Of a stretch of 64,000 nucleotides of DNA, positions 12,184 to 23,779 are shown in pieces (positions within the stretch are counted from its first letter, which is position 1; every line of letters begins with the position of its first letter). The stretch is from Pristiophorus japonicus. Its lineage: Eukaryota. Made by a program: the position numbers and the translations under genes. The notes beneath the pieces were generated by a model. The model saw nothing but the letters and a program-made list of their open reading frames with translations, was not told the origin of the DNA and searched no databases. The stretch is from assembly GCF_044704955.1 (NCBI RefSeq), contig NC_091999.1:14322001-14386000 (forward strand), read 5' to 3'.

Positions 12184-15100
12184 TCACCAATTATTCCAGC
12201 AATCTTTGGCCAAATGTCCAAGTTTACCACAATTTTGACATCTCCCTTTAGAATATCCGTAATATCTGCTTTTCTGCAGGTAATCCCTACTGAAGTGGCC
12301 TTCCTGATTGCAGTTTAAACATATCAGTGGAACTGCGCGGAAGTGTGTCTCCTCCTCCTTCATATCTGCTGCTAACGCTGTTGCTGCTATTTTTGCTCTT
12401 TTCTCCCTTTGTTCTAACTTTAACTCCTCTACATGGTCTGCCCATTCCAAAGTTTCATCATAATCATCTCCTATCTTACATCCGTATTTAATTATCTTTT
12501 TATGTGTCTTTCCTAGTCCGTTATTAAACATTTTCAAGAATGCTGCATCATTTTTGTTGGGGTCATCAGCCCAGAGTGGTTTTTGTATTCAATCCACTTT
12601 CGATCCCCATACTCCCCAACTCTTTTGCCTGCCTTTTGAGTCACAGTATTCGACTTCAATTTTTTGTCAGAATTCTGTATCTCTACTATGTTGCTTTAGC
12701 GGTTGGCAACTTATTCAATAGAATTGGTCTCCTGTGGGCTGAGGGGTATCTCCTGTATGATATTGTGGCCTGCTCTACGTCCGCTGGAGCGAATCGTGGT
12801 AGTGCATATCGGTGCCACTGATAAATAGCCATAATCATGTGCCGGGGGCCCCTCTACTCCGCACTCATTATCCCTGTCTGATGACTTGTTAGGTTGGGGT
12901 TGTGGACTACACTTACACACCGTGGGGTACATTGTCTCTATTACGGTAAGTGATGGTGCTATGGCTGTGCACTGAACTATTCATCTGGTCCTGTCTTTAT
13001 CTCTGCCAGGTTATTTATCTTAGCTTCTAACTCTTGATTTTGTTTTGTTTGAGTATCTATCTGACCTCTGTAGCAGGCGAGTATTATTACATAGGCTTTC
13101 TTTGCTTTATTTTTATTCTGACTATCCCACCATTTCCTCTGTCTGTCAGGCGAGTATTTTTTCTTTAATTAAGAAATCCAAATTAATAATGTGCAGTATA
13201 AAACAGCTGTCAATGGAAAGGGTTAACTCCGCTACAGGTTTGTACGAAGATCTGACGTCATTACGTGACTTCGAGTATTCATCTGAAAAATTCTTCCCAA
13301 GTCTTTGTGCTTTCAAAACTTGCTAAGAAATTAGGAATCCGTTAAAATAGCAGAAAACATTAGTAAAGTTGTCATAATAAAACCTTCTCATCAGGAAAGG
13401 CAGCATTTTAGATTAAACTCCAATTTCTCTACACATAGAAACATAGAAACATAGAAAATAGGTGCAGGAGCAGGCCATTCAACCCTTCTAGCCTGCACCG
13501 CCATTCAATGAGTTCATGGCTGAACATGAAACTTCAGTACCCGCTTCCTGCTTTCTCGCCATACCCCTTGATCCCCCGAGTAGTAAGGACTTCATCTAAC
13601 TCCCTTTTGAATATATTGAGTGAATTGGCCTCAACTACTTTCTGTGGTAGAGAATTCCACAGGTTCACCACTCTCTGGGTGAAGAAGTTTCTCCTCATCT
13701 CGGTCCTAAATGGCTTACCCCTTATCCTTCGACTGTGACCCCTGGTTCTGGACTTCCCCAACATTGGGAACATTCTTCCTGCAACTAACCTGTCTAAACC
13801 CGTCAAAATTTTAAACGTTTCTATGAGGTCCCCTCTCATTCTTCTGAACTCCAGTGAATACAAGCCCAGTTGATCCAGTCTTTCTTGATAGGTCAGTCCC
13901 ACCATCCCGGGAATCAGTCTGGTGAATCTTCGCTGCACTCCCTCAATAGTAAGAATGTCCTTCCTCAAGTTAGGAGACCAAAACTGTACACAATACTCCA
14001 GGTGTGGCCTCACCAAGGCCCTGTACAACTGCAGCAACAACTCCCTGGCCCTGTACTCAAATCCCCTCGCTATGAAGGCCAACATGCCATTTGCTTTCTT
14101 AACCGCCTGCTGTACCTGCATGCTAACCTTCAATGACTGATGTACCATGACACCTAGGTCTCGTTGCACCTTCCCTTTTCCTAATCTGTCACCATTCAGA
14201 TAATAGTCTGTCTCTCTGTTTTTACCACCAAAGTGGAAAACCTCACATTTATCCACATTATACTTCATCTACCATTCATTTGCCCACTCACCTAACCTAT
14301 CCAAGTCACTCATAGCATCCTCCTCGCAGCTCACACCGCCACCCAACTTAGTGTCATCCGCAAATTTGGAGATACTACATTTAATCCCCTCGTCTAAAAC
14401 ATTAATGTACAATGTAAACAGCTGGGGCCCCAGCACAGAACCTTGCGGTACCCCACTAGTCACTGCCTGCCATTCTGAAAAGTACCCATTTACTCCTACT
14501 CTTTGCTTCCTGTCTGACAACCAGTTCTCAATCCACGTCAGCACACTACCCCCAATTCCATGTGCTTTAACTTTGCACATTAATCTCTTGTGTGGGACCT
14601 TGTCGAAAGCCTTCTGTAAGTCCAAATATACCACATCAACTGGTTCTCCTTTATCCACCTTACTGGAAACATCCTCAAAAAATTCCAAAAGATTTGACAA
14701 GCATGATTTCCCTTTCACAAATCCATGCTGACTTGGACCTATCATGTCACCATTTTCCAAATGCGCTGCTATGACATCCTTAATAATTGATTCCATCATT
14801 TTACCCACTACTGAGGTCAGGCTGACCGGTCTATAATTCCCTGCTTTCTCTCTCCCTCCTTTTTTAAAAAGTGGGGTTACATTGGCTACCCTCCACTCGA
14901 TAGGAACTGATCCAGAGTCAATGGAATGTTGGAAAATGACTGTCAATGCATCCGCTATTTCCAAGGCCATCTCCTTAAGTACTCTGGGATGCAGTCCATC
15001 AGGCCCTGGGGATTTATCGGCCTTCAATCCCATCAATTTCCCCAACACAATTTCCTGATTAATAAAGATTTCCCTCAGTTCCTCCTCCTTACTAGACCCT

Positions 15101-16060
15101 CTGACCACTTTTATATCCGGAAGGTTGTTTGTGACCTCCTTAAATACTTGCCAACGAGTTATTCATTGATTTAAAGCGAGACCACATATTTTTAATTGCT
15201 ACTCTGTTTACAGAAATCCAATTTCCACGCAATCTATATACATTCCAGCAGTTTGGGTATTTTTTATGGTCCCATTCACTGAGCAAATCTTCTGTTTTAT
15301 TTCTCTCGGCACAAAATCTAAACTTCGGTGCCGGTCCATCTTTTTTAAGAATTCTGTAATTCCCAGTTTTTTCTTTCTGTGCTGAGTTCGCATAGCTTCG
15401 AACTTTTCCTCCTTTTGAATCCGAACTTAATCATTTTTTGATGAACTTACTCCAGTCCATAGTTAAACATCTTTGTTTCTCTTTCTCAACACAAAGCTTT
15501 GTCGTGTTTAACTCATAAGTTTTTATAATTAAACCAATATCTTTTTCACAGCCAATTTAAATCTCTTTTCTTCAAATTAGGTTTTGTATTTTGATGATCT
15601 TCCTCCAGTCCATTTTCCTCAACATCTTTGTTTCTCTTTCTAGCAGCTGCAGCTTTCAAGTTCGCATTTGTATCTTTTGATAAAAACAAACTGTCCTTTA
15701 TAAATTCAATTTGTTTTTCCAAAATTTTTCTTTTCTTTTATAAATTTTCCATTTATGTCAGCTAGCATTTTATCCCACTGGCCAGTTTTCCTAGGATCCT
15801 GGGGTCCCACCCCATTTTTTAGCTTGGATTCCTTCTTGTTTGCACTGCACACGATCAATACCAGCTTCACTGTTTTTTTACCATGTCACGCTTCAGGACA
15901 TACACCGTATATTTCCTCTAACGATCGCTGTGGTCCACTCCCCCTAAGGTTGTATTCCTTCTTTTTCAGGCAATACACCTATCCCACCCTTGGTTTTCAG
16001 CCTTCTGTGGTTCGTTATAACTTGTCCTACAGCTACCCCTTCTAATTCTTTATACAGATA
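12184..16060 (-). pseudogene. gag: ERV gag remnant, split by a CR1
   Basis: Two zinc knuckles (CLNCNQEGHFSRDY, CQNCGKLGHLAKDC), an MHR-like QKAGKRVGEYGDRKW..FNNGL segment, and a K/E-rich N-terminal part at 15.2-15.8 kb. The 5' boundary is approximate. Confidence 0.75.
13432..15140 (-). mobile_element. 5'-truncated CR1 LINE inserted in ERV gag
   Basis: RT ORFs 14269-15108 and 13534-14268 ([15 protein letters not shown]) and a (TTTCTATG)n tail. Close relative of the 50.8-54.0 kb copy. Confidence 0.95.
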
Positions 16061-16151
16061 AGCTCCTTCCCCGTCAATGCTTCAGCTGCAGGTGGTACAA
16101 AACATGCTCACTGCCATTTAGCTGTCACATCATCCAGGTCAGAGGGTCTGC

Positions 16152-16169
16152 ATTCTGTTCATGACGCCA
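16152..16169 (-). other. Primer-binding site, tRNA-Ser(CGA)-type
   Basis: TGGCGTCATGAACAGAAT, 2 nt after the 5' LTR end. 16/18 match to the recalled vertebrate tRNA-Ser(CGA) complement TGGCGTCACGAACAGGAT. Confidence 0.8.
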
Positions 16170-16171
16170 AA

Positions 16172-16831
16172 TGTAGGGCTTCTCTCCTTGAAGGTGGACT
16201 AACTGATATAGTTAGTCGACACCTGCCCATCTGTTGGGGTAAAAGGAAGCTTCTCTCCTTCGACGTGGACTAACTGATATAGTTAATCGACACCTCGCCC
16301 TTCTCCCACTGTATAACTACCACGGAAGTGAACACACGAGATCCCAGGTTCATCCGGCTTTTATTACGAGAAATTGCAAGGGAAGGTTCAGTCGTGGAAC
16401 CTCCGAAATGCAAGAGTTTACAAGCACAACTTATACAGATTTTGGAGAGGAGCTATCCTCCTGCAAAGTCATCGATAGGTCTATTGTTATCAGCGAAGTT
16501 ACATTGATTTGTCGACTCTTATCCGACGGGCTCTGAGTGGTAAATGCAACTGTCCATCTCTCATCATTGTTTTGTTCCATTTGTCCCTCTACCCCAGTCT
16601 ATCCGATGATTAGAGTGGTTGTACTTGCTTATTTATCTCTTCCTCAGGGAATTAAAAAAAACTGCTGACCGGCTGTTTAAGTATTACAGAGGTTACAGAT
16701 TCAGTTCAATGCATTATACAGTTGCGCGGTACCTGCATAAGCCAGTGTTACCTACATAAGCTCACTATAAGTTCACTACCTTCATCATAATTCTGAGCCC
16801 CTATTTGCAACCTTACAATTTATCCCTTACA
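16172..16831 (-). repeat. 5' LTR of the ERV
   Basis: TG...CA ends; homologous to 5258-5880 with an extra ~45-bp block. Confidence 0.88.
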
Positions 16832-18428
16832 GGAGTCGATGCAAAGCCTCCATCATTGCTCCCCATGAGTCCTCTAATTGTTTGGTGAGATGGTTATTCT
16901 CTCTGCTTAGATCTTTTTAAATCTCAAAATTTCCTAATTGTTTACATTGCAGTCCCTACCTGAATTGCATTAATACTCTGCTGTTGCATTACTCCAGTAG
17001 CTGAGGCAAATAGACTCTGCAAATTCACAATTTTCTATTTAATGTCTGAATCTATTTTCTGCAATTCTTCATTCTTTGCCGAATTTTGTTTTTCCAGTTC
17101 TGATATTGTATCCTCTAATTCTTTCTTGACCTTTGATTCACGTCCTGCGAAGTACGAAGGTGCATACGTGACTAGACTCATTGCCTTACCCAGCTTCCAT
17201 TTCTTAGCTTTAATCTGTTCATCAATAAAAGTGACTGCATCCTTAAGGGATACATTCGGATTCTTCCCTAGGCAATCTACCAACAGTGTCTGCACTTGTG
17301 TTTCGTCACATCTTTTTTCTAACTTTTTCTGATACTCTTCCAAGAGACACTGCTCCAGCATCTGAAAGTTAGTTATTTTTAAGTAAGCTTCCTTAACGAA
17401 GATAATAGTCACTATCAGTTGACGTAAATCAACCCGACACAAGGTTTGATCGGTGATCAAACGACCTGCCTTGCATCTGCTGGTGACACACAACAACCTG
17501 TTTTCAAATGGAGAGAAAAAATTACAAGAGTCCCCAATTAACTTGTTTAATGAGTATATTGTATTTTGTACCATATCTCTTTGTTTTGTCCCATCGTGGT
17601 CGCCAGATGTAGTTTCCAACTACTTAGCAGCTTTTAGCCGCTTTGCTAACGATAGCAATTCAACTATTCTCAGGGTTTATATTTAATTCAAACTAGGAGA
17701 CCTTTGTTCAGGTAATAACAAATGCTTTTAATGCAGGTTATTGAGTAAAAAAGAGTTTTATCAAGAAAATTAGGTTCTGTTACAAAATGTATTACTTAAC
17801 AAATTATAGTCACAGCCTAATTCTCGATAGTGTCCTCTCGAGCTGACCGTGGTGCCGACTCCTTATCTCCTGTTCGCTTGATTCGCACTGCCTTCTGAGT
17901 AGAAGAGCTGTTACCTTATATCCGTTTTTCCCATTCAAATGCTGTGAAAATCTACAGCTGTTGATGACTTACAACAGATCATATTTTCTATTGCCTTTGG
18001 CCTACTATGTTATCTCTATCTCCCCTCCTTCTCTGTGGCAGGAATCACTTCTCTGAAAACAATTATACCGAACATGTCACACAGAATTCATTACTGAGCT
18101 TGGTTTTACAAAATTATGATAAGAACTGATATGCGCTGCATACCTTTATCTTATTGATTAGTAATTTTGGCCTTGACCTTTCTATTTCTAAATGCAGCTT
18201 TATCAGCACTTAGAAAAATGGATAACATAATAATGACTCAATTTACCATAATGCTTTGCTTCTCAGCCTTTGGCCATTTTAAACACCATTTTATGTTACT
18301 CGGCGATATTCTATCATTTATACACTAGTTTTACAGGCAATCAATGCATATACAGGAAGTTACAAACATAAAGGTTATTAATTAATTACACACATGTAAA
18401 ATAAGCTTCTTAATTCTAACTTCTAACA
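16832..18428 (-). mobile_element. 5' portion of a second LTR element (LTR, PBS, gag-like start)
   Basis: LTR-like TGTTAG...CTACA at 18428-17608, PBS at 17605-17588, then a coiled-coil-rich ORF (17035-17619) whose frame is cut by the first ERV at 16831. Confidence 0.7.
17588..17605 (-). other. Primer-binding site, tRNA-Arg-type
   Basis: TGGCGACCACGATGGGAC, 2 nt after ...CTACA. 17/18 match to the recalled tRNA-Arg(TCG) complement TGGCGACCACGAAGGGAC. Confidence 0.75.
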
Positions 18429-18879
18429 TATGTCAAAAGGAGATATATTGCATTAGTCACCAACTGCATCCATTCCCAAACTCACTCCAAGCCCCTTCAG
18501 CAGCGCCGATTAATCTTCCCTCCCGCCAACCTGAAGTGCTATTCTACTACAGGTGACCTCAGGACTGGAGCCCAGGAGTTTAAAGGAACAGCAACGCGGC
18601 ATTAGAAGGAAAGAAATCGGAAGATACTCCGATGTGACCAGAAATCTTGGGGGTGTCCCGTGACCGGGAGGCTCCAAATGAAAGTTCATATGGTGAAGGG
18701 CAGGGTTCCCAACGTTCAGCGAAACAGGGAGCGAATTTCACTGGCGGATCCCTACGTGATCTTCAGTGAGTTCAGGGAGATGATATCAGAGGGAACGTAG
18801 CAGAGCAGGGAGACAGCATCCCTGGGGTGGGGTTCAGTGAGCTCGGGGAGATGGTATCAAAGGGAATGTAGCAGAGTAG

Positions 18880-20512
18880 AACATAAGAACATAAGACCAT
18901 AAGAAATAGGAACAGGAGTAGAACATGAGCTTGCTCCGCCATTCAATGTGATCATGGCTGATCTAATCATGGACTCAGCTCCACTTACCCCGCTCGCTCC
19001 CCATAACCCTCATACACTTATCATTTAAGAAACTGTCTATTTCTGCCTAAAATGTATTCAATGACCCATCTTCCATAACTCTCTGAGGCAGCGAATTACA
19101 CAGATTTATGACGTTTTGATAAGATCACATCTCATTCTTCTGAATTCCAATGAATAGAGGCCCAACCTATTCAACATTTCCTCATAAGTCAACCCCCTCG
19201 TCCCCGGAATCAATCTAGTAAACCTTCACTGAACTGCTTCCGAAGCAAGTATATCCTTTCGTAAATATGGAAACCCCAAAACTGCATGCAGTTTTCCAGG
19301 TGATGGCCTCACCAATACCTTATATAGCTTTAGCAAGATTTCCCAGCTTTTATACTCCATCACCTTTGCAATAAAGGCCAAGATACCATTGGCCTTCCTG
19401 ATCACTTGCTGTACCTGCATGCGATCCTTTTATGTTTCATGTACAAATACCCTCAGGTCCCGCTGTACTGCGGCACTTGGCAATCTTTCTCCATTTCAAT
19501 AATAACTTGTTTTTCGATTTTTTTCCGCCAAAGTGCATGACGTCACACGTTCCAACATTATACTCCATCTGCCAAATTTTTGCCCACTCACTTAGCCTGT
19601 CTATGTCCTTTTGCAGATTTTTTATATCCTCCTCACACATTGCTTTTCCGCCCATCTTTGCAACATCAGCAAACTTGGCTGAGTTGCACTCAGTCCCTTC
19701 TTCCAAGTCGTTGATATATATAGTAAATTGTTGTGGTCCGAGCACTGATCCCTGTGGCACCTCACGAGTTACTCGTTGCCAACTAGAGAATGAACCATTT
19801 ATCCCTACTCTGTGTTTTCTGTTCATTAGCCAATCCTCTATCCATGCTACTATATGACCCCCAACCCCGTGAAATTTATCTTGTGCAGTAACTTTTTATG
19901 TGGCACCTTATCAAATGCCACTGGAAGTCCAAATACACCACATCTACTGGTTCCACTTTATCCACCCTGATCGTTACATCCTCAAAGAACTCCAGCAAAT
20001 GTGTCAAGCGTGACTTCCCCTTCCTAAATCCACACTGACTCTGCCTGACCGAATTTTGCTTTTCCAAATGTCCTGCTCCTGCTTCTTTAATAATGAAGTC
20101 CAACATTTTCCCAACCACAGATGTTAGGCTAACTGGTCAAAATTTCCTGCATTTTGTCTGTCTCCTTTTTTAAATAGGGGCGTTACATTGGCAGTTTTCC
20201 AATCTGCTGGGACCTCCCCAGAATCCAGGAAATGTTGGTAAATTACAACCTATGCATCCACAATCCCGACAGCTACTTCTTTTAAGACCGTGGGATGCAA
20301 GCCATCAGGTCCAGGGGAATTACCTGACTTTAGTCTCATTATCTTACTGATTAACACCCCCCTTAGTGATTGTGATTGTCTTAAGTTCCTCCCGCGCTAT
20401 AGCCCCTTTGCTGCCACCTGTTGGAATATTGCTCGTGTCCTGTACCGTAAAGACTGATGCAAAATATTTGTTCAGAGTTTCTGCCATCTCCATTTTCCCC
20501 ATTGTTAATTCC
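18880..20512 (-). mobile_element. Degraded 5'-truncated CR1 LINE
   Basis: RT fragments ([13 protein letters not shown]), (TTCTTATG)n tail, flanking AGTAG repeats at 18875-18879 and 20513-20517. Confidence 0.88.
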
Positions 20513-21049
20513 AGTAGGGTGAACTGTAATCTGGAAACAGGAGACAGAGTGTCAGTGTTAATGGGTGTTGCTGAGATTCGAGCAGGATTGAAGGTGGTTA
20601 CTTTGCTCCTCGGTCTATTTAAAACGTTTGGACACGGAAGTCTTTAAAGAGGCTAATCCAAAACCAAAAATCATTGTCCAAGTGCCCTCACCGAAAGGAG
20701 GGCTCCACTCGCATACTTAGCCTGGTCAAAATTAAATGGTATTAGATCAGAATTGGACTTTTCCCAGTGATCATACAACCTGCTCCAACCGAGCCCACCA
20801 GCGGAGAAAGCACAGTAATACTCGCGGGCACCATGCTGCGCCGCATCTTATCTCCCTGAAATATTGTCTAAAAGCTGGAGCCTTTCTGTGTATTCAACTG
20901 GAAAATAGAGAGAGTCAGTGTATATAACAGAAAACGGCCGAGAGCGCGTGTGTGTGTCCGATAGGCACCGGGCTCTGGGAATCATTCCCCAAGGTTGTGC
21001 TCGGTGTCTGTGTCAGTTTTCAAACCAGTGCTTTCCCTGTCCTGCGACT

Positions 21050-21565
21050 TTTGATGGGACAGTGCAGAGGGAGCTTTACTCTGTATCTAACCCCGTGCTG
21101 TACCTGCCCTGGGAGTGCTTGATTGGACAGTGTAGAGGGAGCTTTACTCTGTATCTAACCTGTGCAGTACCTGCCCTGGGAGTGTTTGATGGGACAGTGT
21201 AGAGGGAGCTTTACTCTGTATCTAACCCGTGCTGTACCTGCCCTGGGAGTGTTTGATTGGACAGTGTAGAGGGAGCTTTACTCTGTATCTAACCCCGTGC
21301 TGTACCTGCCCTGGGAGTGTTTGATTGGACAGTGTAGAGGGAGCTTTACTCTGTATCTAACGTGTGCTGTACATCCCCTGTGACTGTTTGATTGGACAGT
21401 GTAGAGGGAGCTTTACTCTGTATCTAACGTGTGCTGTACATCCCCTGTGACTGTTTGATTGGAGGTTGTTTTGGGACATTTACGTTTATCTATCCCGTGC
21501 TGTACCTGCCCTGGGAGAGTTTGACAGGACAGTGTAGAGGAAGACTTAATCTGACCTGTACTGAT
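21050..21565. repeat. ~67-bp minisatellite
   Basis: About 7 copies of ttgatgggacagtgtagagggagctttactctgtatctaacccgtgctgtacctgccctgggagtgt. Confidence 0.92.
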
Positions 21566-21989
21566 CTATATCAAGCTGTGATGGAGCAGAGTACTGCTTT
21601 TTAATAGAACCTGCCTTGTGACTGTGACAGACCATAATATTAGAGGAGAGTGCTCTGCAACCGGACACAACAAGGCAGCGGTAAAGATGTCTTTACTCCG
21701 ATGGGACACTGGGTGGCGCAGTGGGTCCTTCACCAACAGGACCTGGTTTCTATCACAACCCAGACAGGACTGGTGAAACAGACCTGAATAAATGGTAAAT
21801 AAAACACCGTGTGACAGGGTAAATGAAGCGGTGTGGAGGAGCCGTGGAGAAAGGAATACAGCAAAGTCCAAGTTAGTTCATTTGTCATTTCAGATTTATT
21901 AGCAATTTCACAGAAAACAATTTACAGGGAAGTTTAAAAAAGTGAACAACAATGAATATAACTGAGCAATACATTGAGAACCGAACACA

Positions 21990-22430
21990 GGTGGATTGGG
22001 CCTGTACTCTCTGGAGTTTAGAATAATGAGAGGTGATCTGATTGAAACATAAGATTTTGAGGGCAATTGACAGGGTAAATGCTGAAAGTTTGTTTCCCCT
22101 GGATGGACAGTCTAGAAGCACTCAGGGAGTGCTAAGGAGCACTCCCTGAGGATAAAGGATTGGCCATTTAAGACAGAGATGAGGAGGAATTTCTTCACTC
22201 AGAGGGTTGTGAATGTTTGGAATTCCCTGCTCCAGAGGGCTTTGGATGCTAAGTCCCTGAATAAATTAAAGGCTCAAATATATAGATTTTTGACTCTAGG
22301 AGAAGCAAGGGATATGGCTATCGGGCGGGAAAGTGGAGTTGAGGTTGATGCTCAGCCGTGATCTTATTGAATGGCGGAGCAGACCCGAGGGGCCATAGGG
22401 CCTACTCCTGCTCCTATTTCTTATGTTTTT
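21990..22430 (+). mobile_element. CR1 3' fragment
   Basis: MRRNFFTQRVVNVWNSL, 3' UTR, ttcttatgtt tail. Confidence 0.85.
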
Positions 22431-22769
22431 ATGGCGGAGCTGCCAGATATCTGCACAACTGTGACAGACACCAGAGAGAGAGAACAGGGGCTCAGCATAA
22501 AGGGAAGGGAACAATTGTGAATAGGAATGAGAAAAGTTACTTATTTACACATGAAATGTGTGAGACACAGTTACATTGCAGCCACAATTATCGCACACAT
22601 TTCAAACAGAAAGAATGAAATCCCAGGTATATATTTCTCAGCCACCGATTCGGATCTATTAATTAAATGCATTTTACTCTGAGAATCACTAAGAGGACAT
22701 AGTTTATTTTTAGGAACACAGAGATGATAAACTGATGAGGAAAATCCAACGCGGCCGAAATTCAGATCA

Positions 22770-22778
22770 TCACTTGAG
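22770..22778 (-). CDS. IGHM: IgM TM2 exon (coding part)
   Basis: ttttgcag|CTC AAG TGA; AATAAA at 22708-22703. Confidence 0.75.
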   Translation of the reverse strand, partial: LK

Positions 22779-22918
22779 CTGCAAAATTGGGATAAAAGAA
22801 TGAAGCGGAGGTTTAGAGGTCTGGGGCATTTATCTCAGGGTTTTTATCAATGAAACATCCAAAGATTTGTCAAACTGCTTCAGTTAGATGGAAGTGTGAG
22901 CGGATTGAATCTTCCCAC

Positions 22919-23046
22919 CTTCACCAGAGTGACGGCGGCGCTGTAGGAAATGCTCAGGAAGAACAGGATGATGAATGTGGAAGCGGTTGTCCAGATGTTG
23001 CTGTTCTCGTCCTCATAGTCTTCACTCCAGATGTGGTCTGAGGAAT
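22919..23046 (-). CDS. IGHM: IgM TM1 exon
   Basis: ccccgtag|AT; [43 protein letters not shown]|GT, with the CART motif intact. Confidence 0.95.
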
Positions 23047-23779
23047 CTACGGGGATGTAGGGAAGGAAATATATTCAAATCGTTTATTAATTCCGGGTAT
23101 CATACTATTATTTTATGTTCTCTTTTCTTTCCCTTAAGTTATTAGTTTGCTCTCTAATTTAACTGTCAATGTATATTTTGTGTTAAGTTAATCACTCACA
23201 GCAATCTCTCTCTGTTCCTCACTCCACTGCGGCTCTTCCTTTATGATCCAGCTATAGTCCCTTTTGGAAATGTTGATAGTTTTTCTTCCATGTCAGAGGC
23301 TAATTGATTTTGGATGACTTTGCTATGATCTATCATTCGGGAATAATATGATGAAACATCGAGGCAAGTTTGCAGCTGGATATCGATTATTTTTCTGCTA
23401 GGTTAAGGTAGTTACTTAGTTGGAGGCTGCCAAGGAGGCTTTGTAAGAGACCAGTTGTTAGTTCTAACCTTTTTTTTAATTTGTTATGGCAATGCTCTGA
23501 ATATAAATAACTCGTGTCAGTTTGCAACAACTACATTGATCCAGTGTAGGTGAAAGGCCAGAATAGTGAAATGTGAGATATTATGGTATCAGGAATTATT
23601 TATTCAGGCCAAGCGTTGGATACATTGTCCATCCAAAAACTACAATTTAGTTCTACATTCTTCTATAGCCTGACGTTTTTATTTATGCTCTTTAGTGTTT
23701 CTATCACTGTATGACTATCTCTTATTCTGGATTATTCCGTGTTAGTGTTTCCCTGTGAGGGTGTTGATCTGTGGGGTTC

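Larger units (their letters stand above)
5258..16831 (-). mobile_element. Decayed endogenous retrovirus (lokiretrovirus-like), LTR-gag-pol-env-LTR
   Basis: Two homologous TG...CA LTRs, PBS, PPT, gag zinc knuckles, RT, tether, RNase H, integrase and env remnants in retroviral order on the minus strand. Interrupted by two CR1 insertions. Confidence 0.9.

Noticed and set aside
20800-20835. EYYCA motif as a possible V segment
   Set aside because: No DxAxYYC context, no first Cys or Trp, no following RSS, and it lies downstream of the C exons.
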